This document shows positions 54,178 to 62,921 of a DNA stretch of 64,000 nt, one piece after another. Where the stretch lies: NCBI GenBank assembly GCA_022844165.1, contig JALHMH010000024.1:1-64000 (forward strand), in the 5' to 3' direction. Below the pieces are notes generated by a model. It did not search any database and was not told where the DNA came from. It worked only from the letters and a program-made list of their open reading frames with translations. Source of the stretch: Lysobacterales bacterium (lineage in GTDB: Bacteria > Pseudomonadota > Gammaproteobacteria > Xanthomonadales > SZUA-5). Position numbers and translations under genes: made by a program. Positions within the stretch are counted from its first letter, which is position 1. The number at the start of each line of letters is the position of its first letter.

Positions 54178-55800
54178 AGCCACCAGAAAACCGAGCAGAT
54201 CGACGCGATAGCGCGCGAACGAGAAGCGCTCGCCGAGGCTGTTGGCGGCCACTGCAATCAAGCCTTGATCGACGCCGCGGCTGATGCTGCCGCTCAGGTC
54301 CTGAGCATCCTTGTCTCCGCCTTCGACCACGTCGACGCCTTGTTCGCGTAAGCGATCCTCGCGGCCGACCGGTGTCGCCAGCAGCGCGTAGAACTGGCGG
54401 ATGTTGTCGCCCGGTTCTGGTGGCGTCAGCACACTGACGATGATCAGCGTCGCGAAGCCCACTGGCAGATACAACAGGATCTGTTCCGGCAGGCTCCAGC
54501 CCAGGCCCCATTTGCCGGTCGCGAAAATCAGGGCGATGGTGACGATCAGGCTCGCCGCCATGCCGTAGCGATTCGCCCGTCTCCATAGGATCGCGCCCCA
54601 GAACGCGATGCCGAATGCGGCGGCACTGGTCCATAACAGCTTCAGGCCCGAGATCAGGCTTGGCAGCGTCAGCGCCAATGCCACGCCCAACGCGACAACG
54701 ATTAAGCTGGACAGGCGGCCGACGAACATCTGCTCAGCATCGCGCGCATTCGGCTTGACATACTTCATGTGCAGATTGCGCGTGTACAACGCACCGGCGC
54801 CGACCATGAACGCATCGCAGGTGCTGATCACAGCAGCTGCCATACAGGCGATCATGACGCCGATCAGCCCGGCCGGCAGTAAGTTCGTGACCAGTGTCCC
54901 GAAGGCCTGCTCGCGGTTTTCCAGGCCGGGATAGAGCAAGGCGGCGAGGATGCCGGTGATCGCCCATGCGAGCGTCAGGAATCGTTTGATGAAGTTGCCA
55001 TAGGTCCAGCCCATGCGACTCGACATCTCGTTCTTGGCCGCGCCGCACACCGCCATGTGATGCGGCTCGACGACAACACCGACGAGCGCGTTGAGGATGA
55101 CCATGACGATGAAAAACAACGTCACTTCTTCCGGGGCAATGAGACTCCACATCTGATCGGGAACACCATTCTGGACCGCAGCCCAGCCACCTGCCGCATC
55201 GATCGCAAATGGCAGCAACAAGATCGACAGACCGATGATCAACACGCCCTGCAGCAAGTCGTTAGTGATCGCGGCAGTCAATCCACCGGCGTACGAGTAC
55301 AAGACGAATACGGCAGTCAATGCGAACACGGTTGCCGTAAACGGCATCGCTCCTCCGCTGATCGCATCGATGGTCAGCGCTGTGCCTTTGAGCATCATTG
55401 CGATGGACACGATGAAATTGAAGAGCCCAAGTCCTGTGTAGGCCGCGCCCATCGCACTGCCGTAACGGCGCTCGAAAAAATCGCCCATCGTCACGTAGCG
55501 CAAGCGCCGATAAATCGGCGCCAGCAGCCAGTAAAATGGCGTGGCGAACAAGTACAGCCACTGGTACCAGATGCCTGCCAGTCCCAGCTGATACGTGGCG
55601 CCGGCCACCGTCACCGGTTGCTCGGTCGACGTCCCGGTGCCGAGTGCATGGGCGACCATGTACGCCTTGCCGAAACGCCGACCGCCCATGAAGTAGTCGC
55701 CAGCGTCTTTCACCGCACGCGCTGCGCGCAGGCCGAGGAACGTGGTCAGCGCAAAGTAGGCGACGATCGCCAGCCAGTCGAGGAGGTGGAGGCCTAACAT
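54115..55800 (-). CDS. sodium:solute symporter (SSS) family transporter
   Basis: Motifs DYFMGGR, YFERRY-like FFERRYG, GGLTA..ND and LPAGLIG; many TM segments. Confidence 0.9.
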   Translation of the reverse strand: MLGLHLLDWLAIVAYFALTTFLGLRAARAVKDAGDYFMGGRRFGKAYMVAHALGTGTSTEQPVTVAGATYQLGLAGIWYQWLYLFATPFYWLLAPIYRRLRYVTMGDFFERRYGSAMGAAYTGLGLFNFIVSIAMMLKGTALTIDAISGGAMPFTATVFALTAVFVLYSYAGGLTAAITNDLLQGVLIIGLSILLLPFAIDAAGGWAAVQNGVPDQMWSLIAPEEVTLFFIVMVILNALVGVVVEPHHMAVCGAAKNEMSSRMGWTYGNFIKRFLTLAWAITGILAALLYPGLENREQAFGTLVTNLLPAGLIGVMIACMAAAVISTCDAFMVGAGALYTRNLHMKYVKPNARDAEQMFVGRLSSLIVVALGVALALTLPSLISGLKLLWTSAAAFGIAFWGAILWRRANRYGMAASLIVTIALIFATGKWGLGWSLPEQILLYLPVGFATLIIVSVLTPPEPGDNIRQFYALLATPVGREDRLREQGVDVVEGGDKDAQDLSGSISRGVDQGLIAVAANSLGERFSFARYRVDLLGFLVAWALVCVVLGLGLLVAWMGRG

Positions 55801-55861
55801 GGGCGGAGCGGACCGGTAAGGCTTGAGGCGCAGAAGAAGACCCGGCGCGGGGTAGGGCGCA

Positions 55862-56011
55862 AATGCGGGGCACGGGGCACGGGGCACGGGGCACCGGGTG
55901 CTGGGAAGAGAACACTCACTTGCTGGAATCGGCAGATGATCCGGTATGCAATGCGCGTCGCTCGTGCGCTCAGCTCCCGTGCCCCGTGCCCCGTGCCCCG
56001 CGCCCCGCATT
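55862..56011. repeat. palindromic element with (GGGGCAC)n / (GTGCCCC)n heptamer arms
   Basis: aatgcggggcacggggcacgggg... and ...ccccgtgccccgcgccccgcatt enclose a unique spacer. Confidence 0.85.
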
Positions 56012-56041
56012 GGGCACCCGCCCCTCGCCCTCCAGCGCCAG

Positions 56042-57787
56042 TCATCGCCACATCCCCCGCACCCGCCACGCCGCCATCTTCGGATCTCGGCTGCGGGTGA
56101 AAACTCCTTTGTGATTGACCACCACGCGACGAAAGTTCTGCGCGGTCTTGAAGTCGATCAGATTCCAAATGTGGCCGCCGATGCACTGCTGGTGGCCTTC
56201 GATCAGTGCCCAATAGCGAGCAATCAATTCGGCCTGGTACTCCTCGGAAAACAACTGGTCCGAGCTGCTGTGCATGCCAGCCACGGCGTCGGCGCCGAAC
56301 TCGGAGACGAAAATCGGTTTGTCCGGGAAGGCAGCGGCGAGCGCGTCGAATTCATCGCGCAACTTGGCAATTGCGATGTCGAGTTGGGCCGGGTGTTCGT
56401 ACCAGCCCAGATACCGATTGAGCGACAAAAAATCGCAGTGCGCGTAAAGCGGATCGAGCAAGCCATGCCGGCTGCCAACATTGGCAGCGGTAAACGGTCG
56501 CGTGGCGTCGAGCACGCGCGCAGCGGCGAAGAGCTCTGCGAAATAGCCTGGCGCAGCCTGCTTGTATTCTGCTTCGGCCAGAAAGCCAGGCTCATTGGTC
56601 AAGCTCCACGCGATCACGCACGGGTGCCAGTGGTCGCGCTCGATCAGTCGTTCGATGTGCGCGATGTGCTGCTCGAGCGTGGCGTCGGTGGTACGGCGAA
56701 AATCGAGATTGACACTGGCGCATTCGCTGACCACCAGCAGTCCCAGCGCGTCGGCGAGGTCGAGTGTTTCTTCGGCGTAGGGGTAGTGCGCCGTGCGAAA
56801 GCTATTGCCGCCGCACCAGCGGAGGAGTTCCAGATCTTTGACCGTCACGGCGAGCGCCTGACCCTTGCCGAGCACCGGGAAGTCTTCGTGCAGGCCGAAA
56901 CCCTTCAGACGCATCGCTTCGCCGTTGAGCAACAGTCGCCCGTGCTGGATGCGGACATCGCGAAAGCCAATTTCGCGATCGATTTGGTCAAGCGTCTGGG
57001 CGTCGCGTTTTAGTTCCAGTCGCAAGCGATAACGCTTGGGCGAGGCAGGCGACCACGGCTCGACTTCGAGCGCGGAGAAATCGAAGTTGCCATCCTCCGC
57101 AACCGCGCGCACCAGCGCCGTTTCGCCATCGAGCAGCGACAACACGATTCGCCCGTCGCCTGCGGACGGCGCGCGGACGCGCAGCGTGCCGCCGTCCTTG
57201 AATCCGGCCTCGATGTGCGGCGATTCCAGTCGCGATTTTGGCAGAAAGCACAGGTGCGGCGTACGATGCAGTCCAGAGTATGGGAAAAAGTCGTAGCGGA
57301 CCGGCGGAAAAATTTCGTCTTTGCCGCGGCCCTCACGCGTGAAGTCAGCGCTCTCGATGCCCGGCAGCGGATGGTTCGATGGCAGTCTCGAGTCCAGGCG
57401 CACGGTAATCGTGTGCGTCGTTCCCGGTCGCAGTTCTCCGAGATCGAAACTGAACGGCAGAAACGGTGCCTCGTTGCTACCTAGAAGATGGCCATTCCAC
57501 CAAATCCGCGCGCTCAAATCCGCGCTGGCAAACCACAGACGCGCGAGCTGCCCGGCGGCGCCACGTGGCACGACGATTTCACGACGCAGCCAGAACGGCC
57601 CCAGGCAATCACGCCAACCGCGTTCGGCCCACTGTTCGTTAATGCTACCGGGGACCGCAATCTGACCTTCGGCGATGAAGTTCGCGGCAAAGCCGCGCAT
57701 CTCGCCATCGTCGTTGGCATCGCTGGCGGCCGCCCAGAAGCCGTCCAGCGGCAGCGCGTCGCGGTAGGCGTTGCGCTCAGGGCGCAC
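56042..57787 (-). CDS. GH2 beta-glucuronidase-like enzyme (GTG start)
   Basis: Motifs DFFPYSGLHR, GFGLHED, SFRTAHYPY, WSLTNEP (acid/base), VSEFGAD (nucleophile) and NHKG (NxKG motif of glucuronidases). Confidence 0.9.
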   Translation of the reverse strand: MRPERNAYRDALPLDGFWAAASDANDDGEMRGFAANFIAEGQIAVPGSINEQWAERGWRDCLGPFWLRREIVVPRGAAGQLARLWFASADLSARIWWNGHLLGSNEAPFLPFSFDLGELRPGTTHTITVRLDSRLPSNHPLPGIESADFTREGRGKDEIFPPVRYDFFPYSGLHRTPHLCFLPKSRLESPHIEAGFKDGGTLRVRAPSAGDGRIVLSLLDGETALVRAVAEDGNFDFSALEVEPWSPASPKRYRLRLELKRDAQTLDQIDREIGFRDVRIQHGRLLLNGEAMRLKGFGLHEDFPVLGKGQALAVTVKDLELLRWCGGNSFRTAHYPYAEETLDLADALGLLVVSECASVNLDFRRTTDATLEQHIAHIERLIERDHWHPCVIAWSLTNEPGFLAEAEYKQAAPGYFAELFAAARVLDATRPFTAANVGSRHGLLDPLYAHCDFLSLNRYLGWYEHPAQLDIAIAKLRDEFDALAAAFPDKPIFVSEFGADAVAGMHSSSDQLFSEEYQAELIARYWALIEGHQQCIGGHIWNLIDFKTAQNFRRVVVNHKGVFTRSRDPKMAAWRVRGMWR

Positions 57788-58739
57788 GTCCAGCTCCCGT
57801 TTGCGTACTGAAACGATGCGCCAGCGCGCCGATGAAGGACGCCATCCGCGCGCGTTCGATAATCGCACCAGGATTTTGCACCACCACCGCCGCAAGCTCA
57901 GCCCCGAACCGGGCTGCATCGACCGGCCCATCGCCAAGCATCCGTTTGGCCAGATAACCGGCATTAAAGGCATCTCCGGCAGCGGTGGAGTCGACCACGC
58001 GCGTTACTGCGTTGGCAGGCAACCATGTCGTCTGATTGCCGATGCTGACGTGCACGCCGCGAGACCCTTGTTTGAGTACGATCTCTTCTTTTCCCTGTGC
58101 CCGATAAAAGGCGATCGCCTCTTCAGGAGTGGACAGCCCGTGCAACGCCTGCTCATCGTCCAGCCCGGGAAGTACGATGTGTGCGAGCGCGACGAATGGC
58201 GCCATCGCTTCGGCAGCTATGCGGGCGGACGGCCAACCGCGCGCACGGTAATTGCTGTCGAAAGCGATCCGACAACCGGCCGCGCGGGCAAGGTGCAGCG
58301 CCGCCAGAAATCTCTGTTGTTCGGGCGCATTCAATACCATCAAGGTGATGCCGGAGAAGTACAACCAACGGTAGCTCGCGAGCGACGCCGCAAGCGCCTC
58401 GCCGCCTGGAAGCGAAAACAGGCGTTTGACCGGCGCAGCGGATCGCCAGTAGAGAAAGCTGCGCTCGCCCTGATCGTTGACGCGAATCGTATAAAGGCCT
58501 GGCACTTCGCCCGGCGCTCGCAGCACATGTGCCGTGTCGATGCCTTCAGTTTCCCAACTGCGCAGCATGAAATGGCTGTAAGCATCGTCGCCCAACGCGG
58601 TCAGGTACGCCACCGGCGCACCGAGGCGCGCCAGATACACGGCCGTATTCAGCGTGTCGCCGCCGTAAGAGAAGCGCGCGTTGCCGTCGCCGGCATCGAA
58701 CACTTCCAGCATCCCTTCGCCGAGTGCGGCGAGCGTCAT
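57777..58739 (-). CDS. kdgK: 2-dehydro-3-deoxygluconokinase (PfkB family)
   Basis: Motifs GGDTLNTAVYLARLG, FDSNYR and DSTAAGDAFNAG. Confidence 0.88.
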   Translation of the reverse strand: MTLAALGEGMLEVFDAGDGNARFSYGGDTLNTAVYLARLGAPVAYLTALGDDAYSHFMLRSWETEGIDTAHVLRAPGEVPGLYTIRVNDQGERSFLYWRSAAPVKRLFSLPGGEALAASLASYRWLYFSGITLMVLNAPEQQRFLAALHLARAAGCRIAFDSNYRARGWPSARIAAEAMAPFVALAHIVLPGLDDEQALHGLSTPEEAIAFYRAQGKEEIVLKQGSRGVHVSIGNQTTWLPANAVTRVVDSTAAGDAFNAGYLAKRMLGDGPVDAARFGAELAAVVVQNPGAIIERARMASFIGALAHRFSTQTGAGRAP

Positions 58740-58811
58740 GAAAACTCTCCCGTGAATGGTCCGCACCGGTCACCGCCCGTCGGCCAGGCCAGACAACACA
58801 CTTGCCTCAGA

Positions 58812-58946
58812 AGCGGGGCACGGGGCACGGGGCGCGGGGGGCGCAAGGGCTGCCTGGTCCCGGAGAACCTGGACTGCAACCTGCGATCCCCGGGGCTCAT
58901 GTATCGCGCATCGCCCTCGTGGGCTGTGCCTCGTGGCCCGTGCCCA
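58812..58946. repeat. degenerate heptamer-armed palindromic element
   Basis: gcggggcacggggcacggggcgcgggg ... gtgcctcgtggcccgtgccc. Confidence 0.65.
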
Positions 58947-58980
58947 GCTCCCTCGCGTACTCCGTTCGATTCCATACGCC

Positions 58981-60192
58981 TCACCAATTCCACATTGTCC
59001 CATCGCGCAAACGCGCGACGGGCAGATAAGCCGCTTGATACGGATAGCGTGCCGCTAGCGTCTCGTCGATCTCGACGCCATGGCCGGGCGTTTCGCCTGG
59101 ATGCAAGTAACCAGTGTCGAAGCTGTAGGCGTGCGGGAACACGGCGTCGGTCTCGGGCGAGTGGCGCATGTATTCCTGGATGCCGAAATTTGGCACCCAA
59201 AGATCGAAATGCAGCGCACAGCCCATCGTGATCGGAGACAGATCGGTGGCGCCATGGCACCCGGTGCGCACGTGGTACAGCGCGGCCAGATCAGCGATGC
59301 GGCGCAGGTGCGTAATGCCGCCAGCGTGCAAGACGGTGGAGCGAATGTAATCGATCAGTTGCTCTTTGATGAGCTGATGACTGTCGTGAATCGAGTCGAA
59401 AACCTCGCCGATGGCGATCGGCGTCACCGTGTGCTGGCGAATCAGGCGCAGCGATTCCTGATTCTCTGCCGGCGTCGGATCCTCGATCCAGAACAGTCGA
59501 TAAGGCTCAAGCGACTTCCCGAGGCGCGCCGCTTCGATTGGCGTCAGGCGATGATGCACGTCGTGCAGCAGCTCGACGCCGAAGCCGAATTTCTCGCGCA
59601 GTTTGTCGAATAGTACCGGTGTGTGGTCGAGATACTCCGGGGTGCTCCAGAGGGCTTCTTTGGCCACTGCGCCGCGATCGGCCGGTTCGTAGAAAAGTTT
59701 ACCCTTGCCGACGCCGTACACTTCCTCCAGCCCGGGGACGCCGCTCTGCGCGCGAATCGCTCGATAGCCCATTGCCTGGTATCTGGCGATCTCATCGATC
59801 ACTTCTGCCGTGTCGCGGCCATTGGCATGTCCGTACACCAACACCCCAGTGCGCGAGGCGCCGCCGAGCAGTTGATACAGCGGCATTCCGGCCAGCTTGG
59901 CCTTGATGTCCCATAGCGCCATGTCCACGGCAGCAATACAAGTCATCGTCACCGAGCCTCGCCGCCAGTAAACGCCGCGATACAGGTATTGCCAGATGTC
60001 TTCGCTCTGCCGCGGATCGCGACCGATCAGCGCCGGAATCACGTGTTCCGCCAGATAAGTCGCTGCCGCCAGCTCGCGGCCGTTGATCGTGGCATCGCCA
60101 ATTCCGCTGATGCCCTGATCGGTTTCGATTTTCAACGTGACGAAGTTCCGTCCCGGACACGTGACAATGACTTTGGCGCCGGTGATTTTCAT
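58981..60192 (-). CDS. manD: D-mannonate dehydratase ManD (RspA family)
   Basis: Motifs [40 protein letters not shown] and the [10 protein letters not shown] end. Confidence 0.93.
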   Translation of the reverse strand: MKITGAKVIVTCPGRNFVTLKIETDQGISGIGDATINGRELAAATYLAEHVIPALIGRDPRQSEDIWQYLYRGVYWRRGSVTMTCIAAVDMALWDIKAKLAGMPLYQLLGGASRTGVLVYGHANGRDTAEVIDEIARYQAMGYRAIRAQSGVPGLEEVYGVGKGKLFYEPADRGAVAKEALWSTPEYLDHTPVLFDKLREKFGFGVELLHDVHHRLTPIEAARLGKSLEPYRLFWIEDPTPAENQESLRLIRQHTVTPIAIGEVFDSIHDSHQLIKEQLIDYIRSTVLHAGGITHLRRIADLAALYHVRTGCHGATDLSPITMGCALHFDLWVPNFGIQEYMRHSPETDAVFPHAYSFDTGYLHPGETPGHGVEIDETLAARYPYQAAYLPVARLRDGTMWNW

Positions 60193-60219
60193 CGCGCTGC
60201 TCCCGTGGCTGCGGTCAAG

Positions 60220-60345
60220 CGGGGAACGGGGCACGGGGCACGGGGCACGGGGCAAAGCGATCGGACTGTCCCGGAACTGCCCGCTTTGGAAAGAAAGACG
60301 CTGCTCGGACCACGACCAGTCGATCGTGCGCCGTGCCACGTTCCG
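60220..60345. repeat. degenerate heptamer-armed palindromic element upstream of manD
   Basis: ggggaacggggcacggggcacggggcacgggg ... cgtgcgccgtgccacgttcc. Confidence 0.65.
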
Positions 60346-60469
60346 GCCGCCGAGCGCAGCTCGGCGGCGCTTCGCGAATCGCGAGCTGCGCTCGCAAGCA
60401 ATTCGCTTCGCCCCCGCGCCTCGCCACCATTAACCTCGCTATTGACGCCCACTCAGTCCCCCTTCACGC

Positions 60470-60535
60470 TTGCCAAGCCACAACGTGAAGGATCATAATT
60501 GGTATGTCCAATGAGAATCAACTGGTAAGACATAT
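60470..60535 (+). promoter_or_regulatory. putative promoter and FadR/GntR operator(s) of the regulator gene
   Basis: TTGCCA-18-CATAAT. Palindrome ATTGG-TATGT-CCAAT at 60498-60512 and a second TGGTAAGACA at ~60523. Confidence 0.6.
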
Positions 60536-61274
60536 GCGGCCGAAACGGCTTTACGAGCAGATCGCGGAGCAGCTGGCCGGTGCCATCGCCCAAGGTGAGT
60601 ATGCGATCGGCGCGCGTTTGCCAGCCGAACGTGAGCTGGCGGAGCGCTTTGGTGTTGGCAGACCAACTGTGCGCGAAGCGCTGCTGATGTTGGAACTTGA
60701 TGGCCTTGTGGATATTCGCACCGGCTCCGGCGTGTATGTCGTGGAGACGCGACCCAAGCGGGCCCGGGCGCTGGAGGGCGACATCAACATGCTGGCGCTG
60801 ATCGAGGCGCGATGTTTGTTCGAGGGCGAGGCTGCGGCGCTGGCGGCGAAATTGGCAACGCCGACACAGTTGACCAGCATTCGTGCTGCACTGACGGCGA
60901 TGGAGGAAGAAGAACGCCTTGGCGTCCCTGGCGAGCAGGCTGATCGCGAATTCCACGTACAAATCGCTCGCGCCACGCAAAACCCGGCCATTGTTTATGT
61001 CGTTGAGTCGTTATGGGATGCGCGCAGCGGATCGACTCAAGTTGCGCGTACGCTGGAGAAAGTACGCGCAGCGGGGATACGCCCGCGGATCAACGAGCAC
61101 TCGGCGGTGCTCGAAGCCATTGAGGGTCGGGATCCCGATGCCGCGCGCGAAGCGATGCGCTCGCACTTGATGCGCGTCATCGACGACTTGATCAAGGCGG
61201 AGCAGGCGGAGGAGCTGGCTGCCATGCAAGCGCGGATCGACGAGCAGCGGCGGCGTTACGGAGTTCTGCGGTGA
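60534..61274 (+). CDS. GntR/FadR-family transcriptional regulator (ExuR/UxuR-like); alternative start 60504
   Basis: RLPAERELAERFGVGRPTVREAL and an FCD domain with DREFH, EH and MRSHL. Confidence 0.92.
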   Translation: MRPKRLYEQIAEQLAGAIAQGEYAIGARLPAERELAERFGVGRPTVREALLMLELDGLVDIRTGSGVYVVETRPKRARALEGDINMLALIEARCLFEGEAAALAAKLATPTQLTSIRAALTAMEEEERLGVPGEQADREFHVQIARATQNPAIVYVVESLWDARSGSTQVARTLEKVRAAGIRPRINEHSAVLEAIEGRDPDAAREAMRSHLMRVIDDLIKAEQAEELAAMQARIDEQRRRYGVLR

Positions 61275-61446
61275 TTTCAGCGCGCGGTTTCTTGCAAAGA
61301 CACGCAAGGTTGGTGCCGATAACGTGTGGTTTCAGCAGCGCCGTGCACCCTGGCCGAGCGCCGCTCGGAACCGATGAAACGTCGCGCCGCAGGTTGGCAG
61401 ACGTATGTGAGAACAGGCAAGCGTCGTCAGTTGACACGACATTGAT

Positions 61447-61485
61447 GGGAATAGACAAAAGCGTCGCGCGATAGCGCGACCCACG
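61447..61485 (-). repeat. single REP arm of the GTGGGTCGCGC family
   Basis: gggaatagacaaaagcgtcgcgcgatagcgcgacccacg matches the right arm of 50053-50183. Confidence 0.75.
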
Positions 61486-61496
61486 AGGGCAAATAC

Positions 61497-62921
61497 ATGA
61501 ACCACCCAGATCGCCTGCTTCCTGCTGGTCCAGCGAGGACTTTGGCGCGCGCACTCTACGACACCGTCAAAGACGCGCCGATTGTGAGTCCGCATGGGCA
61601 TACAGACCCGGCGTGGTTTGCGAGCGATGCGCCGTTCGCGAATGCAACGACGCTGTTGATCCAGCCCGATCACTATGCGTATCGGATGTTGTATTCGCAA
61701 GGCATCGCACTCGAAGATCTGGGCATCGGCGTGGCGCCGCACGAGCTCTCGGACACTCGTGCGCGCGAAATCTGGCGAACCTTTGCTGCGAACTATTTTT
61801 TGTTTCGCGCCACACCCTCGCGCATCTGGTTCGACCACGTCTTCGCCGCGGTGTTCGGTTTGTCCGAGCGCCTGTGTGCGCACAATGCCGATGTTTTTTT
61901 CGACCATATCAACGCGGCCTTGGCGACTCCGGCCTACCGCCCGCGCGCGCTGCTGGATCGCTTCAACATCGAGTGCATCGCGACCACCGAATCGCCGCTC
62001 GACAGTCTGGAGCATCACGCGCGCTTGCAGTCCGATGGCTGGGGTCAGCGCGTCATCACCGCGTACCGCCCGGACCCGGTCGTCGACCCGGAATTCGAAG
62101 GGTTCGCGCATCACCTCAAACGTTTCGCCGAACTGACCGGCGAAGACACACAAAGCTGGTCCGGATACCTTGCCGCCCACCGCAAACGGCGAGCCTTTTT
62201 TAAGGCACACGGCGCAACCAGCAGCGATCACGGCCATCCCACGGCGGCGACGCTGAATTTGTCTTCCACAGAGGCGCAAGCTTTGTTTGAACGCGTTCGC
62301 GGCGGTGCCGCCGGCGACTTGGACGCAGAGGCCTTCCGTGCACAAATGCTCACCGAGATGGCGCGCATGAGCCTCGATGATGGGCTCGTGCTGCAAATCC
62401 ATCCGGGCAGTTTTCGCAACCACAATGCGCGGGTGTTCGAACGCTTCGGGCGCGACAAAGGCGCGGACATTCCAATGCGCACCGACTACGTGCGCGCGCT
62501 CAAACCTCTGCTCGATGCGTTTGGCAACGAGCGAGGCTTGAGCGTCATCTTGTTTACGCTAGACGAGAGCACCTATGCGCGCGAGTTGGCGCCACTCGCC
62601 GGTCACTATCCTTGTTTGAAACTCGGTCCGGCATGGTGGTTCCACGACAGCCCGGAGGGCATGCGTCGCTTCCGCCGCAACGTCACAGAAACCGCCGGCT
62701 TGTACAACACGGTCGGATTCAACGACGACACGCGCGCTTTTTTCTCGATTCCAGCGCGGCACGATGTGGCTCGCCGTATCGATTGCGGATTCCTGGCGGA
62801 ACTGGTGATCGAGCATCGAATCGACGAAGACGAGGCCTTCGAGCTGGCGCAGGATCTGGCGCATCGATTGGCACGCGAAGCGTATCGCTTGCCAAAATCC
62901 GAGGCGACACGCCATGGCTGA
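61497..62921 (+). CDS. uxaC: glucuronate isomerase
   Basis: Motifs SPHGH, PDHY, GPAWWFHDS, GFNDDTRAF and ARHDVARR. Confidence 0.95.
   Translation: MNHPDRLLPAGPARTLARALYDTVKDAPIVSPHGHTDPAWFASDAPFANATTLLIQPDHYAYRMLYSQGIALEDLGIGVAPHELSDTRAREIWRTFAANYFLFRATPSRIWFDHVFAAVFGLSERLCAHNADVFFDHINAALATPAYRPRALLDRFNIECIATTESPLDSLEHHARLQSDGWGQRVITAYRPDPVVDPEFEGFAHHLKRFAELTGEDTQSWSGYLAAHRKRRAFFKAHGATSSDHGHPTAATLNLSSTEAQALFERVRGGAAGDLDAEAFRAQMLTEMARMSLDDGLVLQIHPGSFRNHNARVFERFGRDKGADIPMRTDYVRALKPLLDAFGNERGLSVILFTLDESTYARELAPLAGHYPCLKLGPAWWFHDSPEGMRRFRRNVTETAGLYNTVGFNDDTRAFFSIPARHDVARRIDCGFLAELVIEHRIDEDEAFELAQDLAHRLAREAYRLPKSEATRHG

Noticed and set aside
54201-54217. REP-like gcgatagcgcg inside the SSS 3' end
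   Set aside because: A short match within coding sequence that lacks the GTGGG terminus, so probably coincidental.
55801-56010. N-terminal extension of the SSS transporter
   Set aside because: It is a translation of the heptamer palindrome. Transporter-like sequence begins at 55800.
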